A stretch of DNA of 64,000 nucleotides, from contig JAWADY010000003.1 of NCBI GenBank assembly GCA_038891615.1, positions 1 through 64,000 on the forward strand, read 5' to 3'. The position numbers and the translations under genes are program-made. Below are positions 9,386-19,166 of this stretch, one piece after another (within the stretch, counting starts at the first letter, position 1; each line of letters opens with the position of its first letter). A model generated the notes under the pieces. The model did not search any database, was not told the origin of the DNA, and saw only the letters and a list, made by a program, of their open reading frames with translations. The stretch is from Candidatus Woesearchaeota archaeon. GTDB taxonomy: Archaea; Nanobdellota; Nanobdellia; Woesearchaeales; ARS49.

Positions 9386-9751
9386 ATGCCAGAGACCTTT
9401 TTTGTCGGCATTCCCGAGGCAAAAGAGTTACGCAAAGAACTACTGCTATCAGTGAAGTCTCTTCTCGAAACAATAAAAGCTGAGGATGAGTTTAGACAGC
9501 TTCGGGAGCAAAAACAGGCAACCGCTGCAGAATTCAAGAGCGTGCTTGACGAGCTTGCAAAGGCAAGTAAAAGATTAAAATCAAAATTTCCAAGACTTGC
9601 TGGTAGAAAGCCAGTCCTACCAAGCTACAAACCAGAACCTGTTAAGCCTCAAGAGGAAGAAAAGCCTTCGCCAAAGCCAAGGAAGTCAAAGCTTGAACTT
9701 CTTGAAGAGGAGCTTGCTGAAGTTGAGCAACGACTAAAGGAGCTTCAATAA
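9386..9751 (+). CDS. hypothetical coiled-coil protein
   Basis: FFVGI..AKELR, helical hairpin, Pro/Lys linker, terminal LELLEEELAEVEQRL helix. Confidence 0.75.
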   Translation: MPETFFVGIPEAKELRKELLLSVKSLLETIKAEDEFRQLREQKQATAAEFKSVLDELAKASKRLKSKFPRLAGRKPVLPSYKPEPVKPQEEEKPSPKPRKSKLELLEEELAEVEQRLKELQ

Positions 9752-9797
9752 AGCGCGGGCTCTATTGAAAGTTCGTCATTCGCACCGCATTAGCATG

Positions 9798-10088
9798 TTA
9801 TGCGTGAAACATTTTGCATAAAAGTGTCTTGCTTGCTGTCCAACCGGTACGACCACGTAATGTTTCTCCCGTTCCTCGTTTTATCATACTGTTTGCAGTT
9901 TCGGTAAGAAGACGCCTGTGATAACTTCTACCAAGCCATTTCCCTCGAAGTTGCTTGCGTCGCGACCCTTTTGTACGCCATACTGGAACGCCTTTGCCGC
10001 CTGCTGCAATGATTAATTGATAAAATCTTTCTTCGGCATCGAATTCTGTGTCTGCCGCGACGGTCTTTCCTCGAACCCATTTGTTCAT
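9798..10088 (-). pseudogene. IS5-family DDE transposase C-terminal fragment
   Basis: ADTEFD (second Asp) and YHRRLLTETANSMIKR (YxxRxxxE) motifs; N-terminus missing. Confidence 0.7.
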
Positions 10089-10255
10089 TAGTAGCAGAAT
10101 GTCATCAAGTCCGCTCCTGTGGTTGTCCTTGCGAAGTATGGAATAAAGGCATCATAATATTCCAGTACCTGTTTTAAACACGCAGGCCAACACTCATCAT
10201 TGGGCTTTTGTATTCTTGGTGCTTCTAACAATACTCTCGTCTTATTAGTCATTTC

Positions 10256-11131
10256 TTATTGGGACACTTTTTTTAACAACAGACTTGCATAACGACTTAT
10301 GTAAAAGCATTTCCATTCAGACAATTCTTTTAATCGGCGATAATTCCTAGTTTTGGATAATTCTTTAAGTATTGATTTATCTGAATTTCTTAAAGCAATC
10401 AATAGTGCGTCGTTTATCCATTTTAGTTTGTTTCTAAAAAGCAGATCAAGTATTATTCCTTTCTTTACAGGATAAAATCTGCATAAGTTTTGAAGAAACA
10501 TGCTGCTTATCCTGCTGATTTCGTAATCTGGTTCTGCCACAGTTTTTGAGAGAGTTTTGACAACAAATTCTTTATCGGGACAGAATTGCAAAATGTGCAA
10601 TGTCAAGTAGTGATTCTTACTTGATTTATCGTAAAGCGCGATTTTTGCAAGAGTTCGATACTCCTCATCAGTCAAGCTTGAAAACTTCTTTTGGTATGGA
10701 ATTAAATCTTTATGAACAAACCAAGTAGCGCCTTTTATTACCCTCACTTTGTTACGATTTTTTAAGAAGAAGCCTTTATCTACCAGCTTCCATTTTTTAT
10801 TAACATATTCCTGGCTTAACCGCAACAATCTTTTAATGGACGACGATAATGGGAGTTTGTATCTTTTTGCAACGTTAATGGTCTTGGCTTTCGGAAGAAA
10901 CGCAAGATAAACCATCTGTCGTTTTAGATTCCAGCTCAATAAAATATTATAGTCCAAAGTGTATTTAAATGATCTTGGTAACTTTTCAGAGAGCGTTCTG
11001 ATTTCTTTTTCAAAATGGTTTATAGAATCTACCCTTTTATTCCTAAGGGAAGTCAAACTGTAAATAAGTCTTCTATCCTGCAAAGGCAATTGATGAATGT
11101 TCACAAACTGAAATACGGCTTTTTCGGGCAT
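10256..11131 (-). CDS. hypothetical basic protein, AT-rich, helical-repeat-like C-terminus
   Basis: 291-aa ORF starting 5 nt after the ATP-grasp fragment. Confidence 0.6.
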   Translation of the reverse strand: MPEKAVFQFVNIHQLPLQDRRLIYSLTSLRNKRVDSINHFEKEIRTLSEKLPRSFKYTLDYNILLSWNLKRQMVYLAFLPKAKTINVAKRYKLPLSSSIKRLLRLSQEYVNKKWKLVDKGFFLKNRNKVRVIKGATWFVHKDLIPYQKKFSSLTDEEYRTLAKIALYDKSSKNHYLTLHILQFCPDKEFVVKTLSKTVAEPDYEISRISSMFLQNLCRFYPVKKGIILDLLFRNKLKWINDALLIALRNSDKSILKELSKTRNYRRLKELSEWKCFYISRYASLLLKKVSQ

Positions 11132-11135
11132 AAAT

Positions 11136-11547
11136 TCAAAGAAGCGACGTGGGTTTAAAAGGATATCTCAGCATTGCTTCAAGATGGTCTAATACTGCGT
11201 CAGAGATTTTTAAACCGGTGAAATCTTCAATCCACTTGAATTCTCCGGTAGGATTAATTTCCAGAAATATGTGGTCTCCATTTGGAGTAATTATCATGTC
11301 TACTGCGCCATAATCTAGATTAAGTTTTCGCATCAGAGCAAGAAGTTTCTCTTTAACTGAACCGTCTAACTCGTGTTTTTTATACTTTATGGCCCCTGAA
11401 GCTCTTCTCCAGTCTACCTTTGCAAGCTCAAAATTCTGTGAATCGATTTCTGCTGCAAATGCCTTATCGCCAACTAAAGTTATTCTAAGCTCAACTTTCT
11501 TTTTTATATACTCTTGAAAGAAATGTGGCGCGAATAAATTTATAAAT
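11136..11547 (-). pseudogene. 5'-truncated MvdC/MvdD (graspetide)-type ATP-grasp ligase
   Basis: Open frame extends upstream of the annotated ORF: APHFFQEYIKKKVELRITLVG...IDSQ....VDWRR...YGAVDMI...FLEINPTGEFKWIE; in-frame TGA just upstream, N-terminal half absent. Confidence 0.8.
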
Positions 11548-11594
11548 CATCAAATTCTTAGATTTGTAACTTTTTACTCAAAATCTTTGCTTGC

Positions 11595-11677
11595 GCGGCG
11601 GTGCCTGAGTGGAAAAAGGGAACGGCTCAAGACCGTTTGGCTTAGTGCCTACGCAGGTTCGAATCCTGTCCGCCGCA
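11595..11677 (+). tRNA. tRNA-Leu(CAA)
   Basis: GCGGCGG/CCGCCGC acceptor, AACGG-CTCAAGA-CCGTT anticodon arm, long variable arm, GGTTCGAATCC. Confidence 0.95.
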
Positions 11678-11726
11678 CTTTGAGCTTTTACAAAGCTTTA
11701 TAAAAGCAAATGTGCCTTTCCGAAAA

Positions 11727-13067
11727 ATGCCAATACAAATTCTTGCAGTAGGAGGTTATGGTGAAGTTGGCAAGAACATGACTGCTGTACAGGTTGATGA
11801 CGACATTGTTATCTTTGATATGGGACTTCATCTGCCGAACTACATCAAGTACACCGAAGAGGAACTTGGAGAAGTTGTGCGGCTCTCAGCAGAGGAGTTG
11901 AGGAATGCAAGAGCAATTCCTGACGACAGGACTTTACAAAAGCTTACAGGCAAGGTTGTTGCAATAGTTGCGGGTCATGCGCACCTTGATCATATTGGCG
12001 CAATTCCATACCTTGCAGCGAAATACGATGTGCCAATAATATGCACCCCTTACACCGCAGCTGTGCTCAGGGCAATTCTCAAGGACGAAAGAATAAAGCT
12101 TCCCAACAAGATTATTGAGCTAGAGCCAGACACTTCAATGAAGCTCAGCAAGAAGGTTGAGCTCGAGTTCATAAACATAACTCATTCTGTGCCACAATCC
12201 GTCATTAGCATGTTATCGACAAGACATGGAAGGATTGCTTATACTTGTGATTTTAAGCTTGATAATAGTCCTACAATTGGAAAAAAACCTAGCTATGAGG
12301 CGCTTCGTAAGGCAGGCAAAGAAGGAGTCCTTGTTGCGATATTTGATTCTCTTTATGCGCATGAGCATCGAAAAACACCTAGTGAGGCAGTGGCCAGAGA
12401 GTTGCTCAAAGATGTACTGCTAGGAATTGATAGCAGAGGCAAAGCAATAGTCATAACTACTTTTTCTTCACACATTGCTAGGCTTAAGGCGATTGTTGAG
12501 CTTGCAAGAAAGCTTGGTAGGAAACCTGTTTTTCTTGGACGTTCGTTGGCAAAATATGTCTTTGCAGCAGAAGAGGTTGGACTTGTAAGATTTTCTGATG
12601 AAGTTGAGATTGCAAAGTATGCGGCTCAGACAAGGAAAAAGCTTTTGCATGTTGTAAAAATGGGCAAAGAGAAGTATCTTCTTGTTGTGACAGGGCATCA
12701 GGGAGAACCAAAATCAACCCTTGCAAAAATGGTTCGCGGTGCACTTCCCTTTAAATGGACTCAGGGAGATTTTGTCATTTTTTCATCAAATGTTATTCCT
12801 GCGCAGCCAAACCTGACTTATAGAAAGCAAATTGAAGATGAGCTAAAGGCTTTGGGTGTTCGCGTCTTCACAAATGTCCATGTTTCAGGGCATGCTGCTC
12901 GTGAGGACATGCGCGATCTAATAGGACTCCTAAAGCCAGAGCATCTCATTCCAGCTCACTGCGAGCCAAGGGGCCTTTCTGCTTTTATCGAATTAGCAAA
13001 AGAAATGGGTTACGAAGCCGATAAAACAGTACACATTCTAAAGCTCGGCCAGACACTTACTATCTGA
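11727..13067 (+). CDS. rnj: ribonuclease J (beta-CASP)
   Basis: GGYGEVGKNM, HAHLDHIG, HSVP, TTFSSHIAR, TGHQGEP, HVSGH motifs. Confidence 0.95.
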   Translation: MPIQILAVGGYGEVGKNMTAVQVDDDIVIFDMGLHLPNYIKYTEEELGEVVRLSAEELRNARAIPDDRTLQKLTGKVVAIVAGHAHLDHIGAIPYLAAKYDVPIICTPYTAAVLRAILKDERIKLPNKIIELEPDTSMKLSKKVELEFINITHSVPQSVISMLSTRHGRIAYTCDFKLDNSPTIGKKPSYEALRKAGKEGVLVAIFDSLYAHEHRKTPSEAVARELLKDVLLGIDSRGKAIVITTFSSHIARLKAIVELARKLGRKPVFLGRSLAKYVFAAEEVGLVRFSDEVEIAKYAAQTRKKLLHVVKMGKEKYLLVVTGHQGEPKSTLAKMVRGALPFKWTQGDFVIFSSNVIPAQPNLTYRKQIEDELKALGVRVFTNVHVSGHAAREDMRDLIGLLKPEHLIPAHCEPRGLSAFIELAKEMGYEADKTVHILKLGQTLTI

Positions 13068-13159
13068 GCAGAAGAATCTAGAATTAGTTCTTAAAGTCAA
13101 ATACCCTATCACAACAAACTTTTTATATTAGGTATTCAAATGCTTAAGCGGGGATTTAA

Positions 13160-13903
13160 ATGAGACTTGTACTTGCAGACTCAAGCATCCTTAAAGACAG
13201 CATAAGCATAATCTCAGAACTAGTAAACGAAGCTAAGTTTAGAATCTCAAAAGACGGGCTTGAGCTCGTGGCAATGGACCCTGCGAGTGTAGCAATGGTT
13301 ATATTCAAGCTGCTTTCGAGCGGTTTTTCTGAATATTCTATTGACAAGGAACATCACATTGCGCTATCTCTTGGAAACCTTAAGCAAATCCTAAAACGTT
13401 CAGGAGCAAATGATACAATCGTTCTTGAGTTGAGCCCTGACAACAAACTTCTGATTGAGCTGAGGGGCGAGTCAAGGAGGGTTTTCAGCATTCCAATAGT
13501 TGATTTCGAAGAAAAAGAACAAAAAATTCCAAACCTAAATTTTGCTGCAACAATCCAGCTTCCAAGTACTCTATTAAATGATGCTATAGAGGATGCTGGA
13601 ATTGTTGCAGAGGCGGTAACATTTGTTGCAGAGCCTGAAAAGCTCTCTGTGTTCGCTGAAGGAGACCTTGCAAAGGCAAATATAGAGATAAAGGCAGGTC
13701 CTGCAACAAGAATTAGCCTTGAAAAGCCAAGAATAAAGGCAAAGTACTCCATTGAATATCTAAAGAAAATGATAGCTGGAAGCAAGCTTGCTGACACCGC
13801 AGCACTCTCTTTCAATCAGGATTATCCACTTCAGCTCGAATATAAGATTATCGACAAACTATTCTTGGCATTTATCCTAGCACCAAGAGTGGAGAGTGAG
13901 TGA
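13160..13903 (+). CDS. pcn: proliferating cell nuclear antigen (sliding clamp)
   Basis: AMDPASVAM, YSIEYL, DYPL, LAPRVE motifs. Confidence 0.97.
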   Translation: MRLVLADSSILKDSISIISELVNEAKFRISKDGLELVAMDPASVAMVIFKLLSSGFSEYSIDKEHHIALSLGNLKQILKRSGANDTIVLELSPDNKLLIELRGESRRVFSIPIVDFEEKEQKIPNLNFAATIQLPSTLLNDAIEDAGIVAEAVTFVAEPEKLSVFAEGDLAKANIEIKAGPATRISLEKPRIKAKYSIEYLKKMIAGSKLADTAALSFNQDYPLQLEYKIIDKLFLAFILAPRVESE

Positions 13904-13935
13904 TAAGGCACTTCCAACTGCCTAATTAGATTGTC

Positions 13936-15462
13936 TCAATACTCGTCAACAAATCTTGTTAGTTCCCTTTTGTCTCTTTTATTTGCAGGCAAAAGTTTTG
14001 CATAAGCATGCAGTTCAGGGATTGTTCTGCAGCCTGCCTTGAACATTCCTTGCTTTAAGCCTTGAATGAGAAACGGAAGCCAATCAAACACAGAACCTCT
14101 CGATTTGACGAGCTCAACACCACCTTCAGGAACCCTTGTTGTCGAGTTCTCCAGACTGTAGCGCAAAGCTCCTCCTTTTTTCATCGCCGCAAGAGAGCCC
14201 ATTCCACGGTATTCTTTTACACGCATCCCGCCTCTCACATCAAACTCTCCAGGTGCTTCATTTGTTCCGGCAAGAAGATATCCTAATGTGACGGTATCTG
14301 CGCCAGCCGCAAGCGCAACGGTTATGTCGCCACTGTATTTTATTCCGCCATCAGCATTCAAATAAACCCTTTTCCCAGTTTTTTTCCTCATTCTTTCGAG
14401 TTCGAGTGCGCAATAGTAAATCGCGCTCACCTGTTCACGACCAGTGCCTGCAACATCCCATGTCTTACACCCTTCTCCTGGACCATTTCCAACACGTACG
14501 CTATCAATCCCCAGCTCAACAAGCCATCTTACAGCATTTGGCATTGACACATTTCCTGCGATGATATCCTTTTCAGGAAACTTTCTCTTTGCTTCTTTAA
14601 TTATCCTGGCAACTGGCTCGAAATAAGCATGCGCGCTATCTATCACAAAGCCATCAACATAGTCTTTAAGCGCACTCATCCTTTCAAGCGCACGCTCCTT
14701 CCTTGTTTCAACCGCAGCAAGTACTGAAAGACGTTTTCTTTTATCCTTTGTCGCCAAAGGATACCTTTCAAACTTTTCGATATCACTTTTTGTAACAAGA
14801 TAAACAAGTTTTCCAGTGTTCTCGACAACACAAAGCACAGGCTTGTGACTTTCAAGAAGGATATCGTTGGCAATTTCAAGTGGGCTTTTTGGGCCTCTTT
14901 CAAGCTCCTCCAGCTTAACCTTGAGGATGGCTTTTCCAGTCATCATTCTGGCTTTGATTTGTTGCCCTTTGTGTTTTAATGGAGAATAATCATACTTTGT
15001 CAAAAGACCAACAAGCTTTCCATTGGAACTTCCATCCTCTGTTATTGGAATTGTGCTTATCCCACACCTTTGTTTAATCTCAACCGCATCATCAATTGTG
15101 TGATTTGGTGATAGCGTTATTGGGTTCTCTACGAATCCTCCTTTAAAACGCTTTACCTTTTTTGCTTCCTCAAGTTGTTTTGAGATGTTTTCTTCGAGAT
15201 TTGGTCCAAAGTTATAATGCAGCACTCCAATCCCACCAAGAAGTGCGAGCGCGATGGCCATCTCGTGTTCTGTCACTGTATCCATTGCTGCGCTCACTAT
15301 TGGTATTTTTAGTTTTATGTTAGTGCTTATATAAGTTGTTAGGTCAATCTCTTTCTCCAAGAAATTTGTCTTTCTATTTTGGGCAACAAGAACATCATCG
15401 TAACCAAATTCCTTTAGTGCCAACTCACCAAGAAGTTTTTTTTGATTTATTCTATGCCCCAT
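13936..15462 (-). CDS. guaB: IMP dehydrogenase/GMP reductase family protein with CBS domains
   Basis: [44 protein letters not shown]; atypical catalytic loop GPGEGCKT. Confidence 0.85.
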   Translation of the reverse strand: MGHRINQKKLLGELALKEFGYDDVLVAQNRKTNFLEKEIDLTTYISTNIKLKIPIVSAAMDTVTEHEMAIALALLGGIGVLHYNFGPNLEENISKQLEEAKKVKRFKGGFVENPITLSPNHTIDDAVEIKQRCGISTIPITEDGSSNGKLVGLLTKYDYSPLKHKGQQIKARMMTGKAILKVKLEELERGPKSPLEIANDILLESHKPVLCVVENTGKLVYLVTKSDIEKFERYPLATKDKRKRLSVLAAVETRKERALERMSALKDYVDGFVIDSAHAYFEPVARIIKEAKRKFPEKDIIAGNVSMPNAVRWLVELGIDSVRVGNGPGEGCKTWDVAGTGREQVSAIYYCALELERMRKKTGKRVYLNADGGIKYSGDITVALAAGADTVTLGYLLAGTNEAPGEFDVRGGMRVKEYRGMGSLAAMKKGGALRYSLENSTTRVPEGGVELVKSRGSVFDWLPFLIQGLKQGMFKAGCRTIPELHAYAKLLPANKRDKRELTRFVDEY

Positions 15463-15558
15463 ACCAAACAAAATTGCTGCTAGCTTATAAAAATTTCTAT
15501 TCTCCAGTTGCAGTATTTTTTAGAAAAGTTTTTATAAGATTTGGGCATATTTTGCAGC

Positions 15559-16140
15559 ATGGCATATCAAGCCAAGGACTTCAGTGCTCTGATTGGAACA
15601 CCTGGCTTTAGTGAGCAGCTCCTGAAGAACCACTTCAGTCTTTACGAGGGATATGTAAAGAATACAAACCTCCTTATTGAAAGACTTAATGCACTGTCAG
15701 CAGAAGGAAGATCTGATACCCCGCTCTTCGCAGAACTAAAGAGAAGATTTGGCTGGGAATATAATGGAATGAGGCTTCACGAGCTTTATTTTGGAAACAT
15801 AAGCAAAAACCCAAAGCCAATATCAACTGGGCTTAAGAAAGCGCTTGCAGAAGCCTTTGGAAGTTTTGAGTCATTTGAAGGCGATTTCAAGAGCACAGGC
15901 AAGTCAAGAGGGATTGGTTGGGCCGTTCTTTACATGGATGCAGCAACCCATGAGCTTTTTAATGTGTGGATAAACGAGCACGATGTAGGTCATCTTGCTG
16001 AAGGTAAAATCCTTCTAATAATGGATGTTTTTGAACACGCCTTCATGCTTGACTACGGTCTCAATCGCGCGGCTTATATCGATGCTTTCTGGAAAGCTGT
16101 TGATTGGGGCGTTGTTGAACAGAGGCTGAAGGGAGCCTAA
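15559..16140 (+). CDS. sod: Fe/Mn superoxide dismutase family protein
   Basis: NH..LY.GYV, NGMRLHELYF, GIGW, DVFEHAF motifs. Confidence 0.9.
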   Translation: MAYQAKDFSALIGTPGFSEQLLKNHFSLYEGYVKNTNLLIERLNALSAEGRSDTPLFAELKRRFGWEYNGMRLHELYFGNISKNPKPISTGLKKALAEAFGSFESFEGDFKSTGKSRGIGWAVLYMDAATHELFNVWINEHDVGHLAEGKILLIMDVFEHAFMLDYGLNRAAYIDAFWKAVDWGVVEQRLKGA

Positions 16141-16141
16141 G

Positions 16142-16276
16142 ATGGTAAAAAAGGCCAGCACAGAAAAGGAACACAAGGATGAAAACAAAAAGGATAAATT
16201 TGAAGAAATACTTGAGCTACTGACAAAATATGAAGAAGGATGTCCTCCTCGAAAGGCTATTGATTTTGATGCATAG
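16142..16276 (+). CDS. small hypothetical protein, 44 aa
   Basis: ATG 1 nt after the sod stop; MVKKASTEKEHK...EEGCPPRKAIDFDA fills the gap to the convergent nifU. Confidence 0.4.
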   Translation: MVKKASTEKEHKDENKKDKFEEILELLTKYEEGCPPRKAIDFDA

Positions 16277-16280
16277 CTTC

Positions 16281-16985
16281 TTAGCCACCAAAATATTTCT
16301 CTCTATAAAAGCGTATTAGCTGTTCAACTTCTGGAATGCAACTTTTGTCATACACTCCAACTTTTGTCTTTTTCTGGACATCTTCAAATGTCACTGCTCC
16401 TTCAAGTACAGCCTCTTCTATATCCTTATCGGTTATTTTGAGTATCTTGTCAATGATGCGCGCGCCCTCGACCACAATCCTGTTTTCTTGACCTGTTCTT
16501 CTGAAATAGTCATTTATTGCAGCCCTCAAGGCTTTGTCTCCCAACACAGAACAGTGAAATTTTCTTTTCGGGAGATCGATGAGCCTTTTTACTATGTCTG
16601 TTGGCTTTATCTTAAGTGCATCGTCTATCTTCATTCCTCCATTTTCCGTAATCATTACAGCGAGCATTGATGTTGAAGCGATGGCTGATGCACAACCAAA
16701 GGTTCTCCATCTACAGTCAATGATGCGTTCAGTGGCGGGGTCTATTTTAAGCCAAAACTCCATCATATCACCGCATGCTGGCGAGCCTACCATTCCAAAT
16801 CCATTTGCAACCTTTTTGAACTCCTCTGCTTCATCATCTGTTTTACAAATCTTTCTTGGGTTGAAGAAATGGTCCTTAACAACAGGTGTATAGAACCAGC
16901 TATTAAGTTGTTTTGCTTCTGCCTTTGCTTTCACATCAGCATGGGTCGTGGGGGTTTGTGTTTCTTTTTCCATTTTATTTTTCAA
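16281..16985 (-). CDS. nifU: NifU/IscU Fe-S scaffold with a C-terminal BFD-like domain
   Basis: DHFFNPR, GSPACGD, FGCASAIAS, KFHCSVL motifs. Confidence 0.9.
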   Translation of the reverse strand: MKNKMEKETQTPTTHADVKAKAEAKQLNSWFYTPVVKDHFFNPRKICKTDDEAEEFKKVANGFGMVGSPACGDMMEFWLKIDPATERIIDCRWRTFGCASAIASTSMLAVMITENGGMKIDDALKIKPTDIVKRLIDLPKRKFHCSVLGDKALRAAINDYFRRTGQENRIVVEGARIIDKILKITDKDIEEAVLEGAVTFEDVQKKTKVGVYDKSCIPEVEQLIRFYREKYFGG

Positions 16986-18168
16986 TGGGAGCTACAATTT
17001 CGAGCGGGAGGTTTACTGGGGAAATCTTTCTAAGCTTCGCGACAATTCCTGGCAGAACTTCTAGGACTTTGTCTATGTCTGTTTCTGTTGTTTTAAGGCC
17101 AAGGGTGAATCTAAGGCTTCCGTGAGCAGCTTCGTAAGGTAAGCCAATTCCAAGAATGACGTGGCTTGGCTCAAGCTTTTGTGAAGTACATGCGCTGCCA
17201 GTGCTTGCACAAATGCCATGCTCATTAAGCATAAGAAGCATTGCTTCTCCTTCGACATCGAGAATTGTGATGTTGGCATTGTTTGGAAGGCGCTGTATCG
17301 GGTGGCCGTTCAGGAATGACTTTGGAATGCTTGTTAGAATCCCATTTATGAGCTTATCACGAAGCTTTGACAAGCGCGCAGACTCACTCTTACGTTCTGC
17401 CTGTGCAAGCTCGAGGGCTTTTGAAAATCCAACGATATATGGAACATTTTCTGTTCCGCTTCTTAAGCCAAACTCTTGACCGCCACCGTGAATGATTGGC
17501 TTTATAGGAACTCCTTGCCTCACGAAGAGCGCGCCAATCCCCTTTGGCGCATAAATTTTACTTCCATTTATGCTCAATAGATCAACACCGAGAGCTTGAA
17601 CATCAAGTTCGAGGAAGCCTGCTGCTTGACAAGCATCTGTATGAAAGTAAACATTGTGTGCCTTTGCAACGGTTGCAAGTTCTTTGATTGGGTTTATTGT
17701 ACCAATCTCGTTGTTTGCATACATTATTGAAACAAGAATTGTGTCATCTCTTATCGCCTTTTCTAGCACCTCTGGCAGAACCATTCCATATCTGTCCACA
17801 TCAAGGTATGTAACCTCAAAGCCTTCTTCTTTTTCAAGGTATTCGCAAGTCGAAAGAACGGCATGATGCTCAATTTTACTCGTTATGATGTGTCTTCCTT
17901 TGTTTTTCATTGCTCTTGCAACACCTTTTATGGCAAGATTAATGCTTTCAGTTCCACTACCAGTAAAGACGACCTCACGAGGGTTGCAGTTCAAGATTTT
18001 TGCAACGCTTAACCGTGCATTAGCCACCGCCGTGCTTGCAGCGAGTCCAAAGCTGTTGAAGCTTCCTGGATTACCAAAATTTTCGTCAAAGTAAGGCAAC
18101 ATCGCCTCTTTAACTTCAGGCCTTGTATACGTTGTTGCTGCATGATCCAAATAGATTCTTATGCTCAT
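16975..18168 (-). CDS. nifS: cysteine desulfurase (NifS/IscS)
   Basis: YLDHAATT, FTGSGTES, HTDACQ, NGSKIYAPKG, STGSACTS motifs. Confidence 0.96.
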   Translation of the reverse strand: MSIRIYLDHAATTYTRPEVKEAMLPYFDENFGNPGSFNSFGLAASTAVANARLSVAKILNCNPREVVFTGSGTESINLAIKGVARAMKNKGRHIITSKIEHHAVLSTCEYLEKEEGFEVTYLDVDRYGMVLPEVLEKAIRDDTILVSIMYANNEIGTINPIKELATVAKAHNVYFHTDACQAAGFLELDVQALGVDLLSINGSKIYAPKGIGALFVRQGVPIKPIIHGGGQEFGLRSGTENVPYIVGFSKALELAQAERKSESARLSKLRDKLINGILTSIPKSFLNGHPIQRLPNNANITILDVEGEAMLLMLNEHGICASTGSACTSQKLEPSHVILGIGLPYEAAHGSLRFTLGLKTTETDIDKVLEVLPGIVAKLRKISPVNLPLEIVAPIEK

Positions 18169-18413
18169 TTTAGTGGATGTCCCTCTGGAAGCTCCTCTTC
18201 AGCCGCTCTGTTTAGTGCTTCAATAGCTTCTTTTACTTCTTCCTCAGTCATCCCGTGACCTCTAAGCCCGTCTCCAATGCTTTCAAAAGCTGATACGCCA
18301 CAACCAATGCAATGCACGCCCAACGCCATGAGGGTTGGAATGACCTGTGGATATTTCTCTACGAGCTCCCCAATCAGCATTTCTTCTGTTATTCGAGGTT
18401 TTGCTTTGTCCAT
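18165..18413 (-). CDS. DUF1858-domain protein
   Basis: IT.EM.IGELVEKYP....L...GVHCIGC....ES......HG. Confidence 0.85.
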   Translation of the reverse strand: MDKAKPRITEEMLIGELVEKYPQVIPTLMALGVHCIGCGVSAFESIGDGLRGHGMTEEEVKEAIEALNRAAEEELPEGHPLK

Positions 18414-18417
18414 TCTT

Positions 18418-18804
18418 TCACCTTCTAAAAAATGTCTTTTTGCATACGCTTTCGCATCCTTTAATTTTTTCCCAATTCGCCATATGAATTCTGCAAAAAA
18501 TTCCTTTCTTTTTCAATATATAATCTATTTTCATCATCTCCTCAAATAGACTGCTTTTATTGTTAAGAATCCTCCGCGCAGCAGCATTTATCTTTGACTT
18601 TATTTCTTTTTCAAGCTCAAGAGTTGTTGCACGCTTTTCCTTCTTATAGTTTGAAATTGCCGCTTCTGTTACCCCAATCAGCGAGGCAGCCTTTTTTTGA
18701 GAAAGGCCATTGTTCATAAGCGCAAGTGCAAATTCACGCCTTATCGCAGGGAGTACATACCAATGTTCAACCTCTTGCGGGAACATTAGTTTTAATTTGC
18801 TCAT
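18418..18804 (-). CDS. HTH transcriptional regulator (COG2522-like) with C-terminal Cys/His
   Basis: PQEVE.WYVLPAIR, LSQKKAASLIGVTEAAISNY, FCRIH...C..C. Confidence 0.85.
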   Translation of the reverse strand: MSKLKLMFPQEVEHWYVLPAIRREFALALMNNGLSQKKAASLIGVTEAAISNYKKEKRATTLELEKEIKSKINAAARRILNNKSSLFEEMMKIDYILKKKGIFCRIHMANWEKIKGCESVCKKTFFRR

Positions 18805-18820
18805 AAGACCACCAAAAGAA

Positions 18821-18843
18821 TTAACTATAGTTAAGTTTATAAA
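18821..18843 (-). promoter_or_regulatory. Fe-S operon promoter (TATA 18836-18843) with a 14-bp palindromic operator (18821-18834)
   Basis: TTAACTATAGTTAA perfect palindrome immediately downstream of TTTATAAA. Confidence 0.65.
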
Positions 18844-18951
18844 GATTTCGAAAACAGATTCTGTTAACTTAATTGATCTTAAACATTAAAAATTTCATTT
18901 CTATCACAGATATTTTGCAGAATTAACAGCTCAGAATTTTGTCGCTTTTTG

Positions 18952-19138
18952 TATCATAAATTTTTCAATTCTCAACTAATCTTTGAGCTGTTTCTTCTCT
19001 CTTTAATCTTTGTATTGATTCAAGCCTATCTTTAAGTGTCCCATGAAGTTTTTCAACAACATTATTTGTTTCTTTCGTTCATATTCCAACTCTTCTTATC
19101 AATTCTACTATATCTTCCTAGTATCTGCTGTAAAATGC
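18952..19138 (-). pseudogene. IS6-like DDE transposase relic
   Basis: Manual translation AFYSRY*EDIVELIRRVGILNERTNNVVEKLHGTLKDR...LKREETAQRLVEN*KIYD, with the NNxxExxHxxxK motif and two in-frame stops. Confidence 0.6.
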
Positions 19139-19166
19139 TTAAGAGTCTGCCAAAGGTGTCGCTAAA

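Noticed and set aside
18952-19138. In-frame TGA at an expected Trp and TAG at an expected Lys as a sign of recoding
   Set aside because: TGA and TAG terminate many core genes normally here; this is pseudogene decay.
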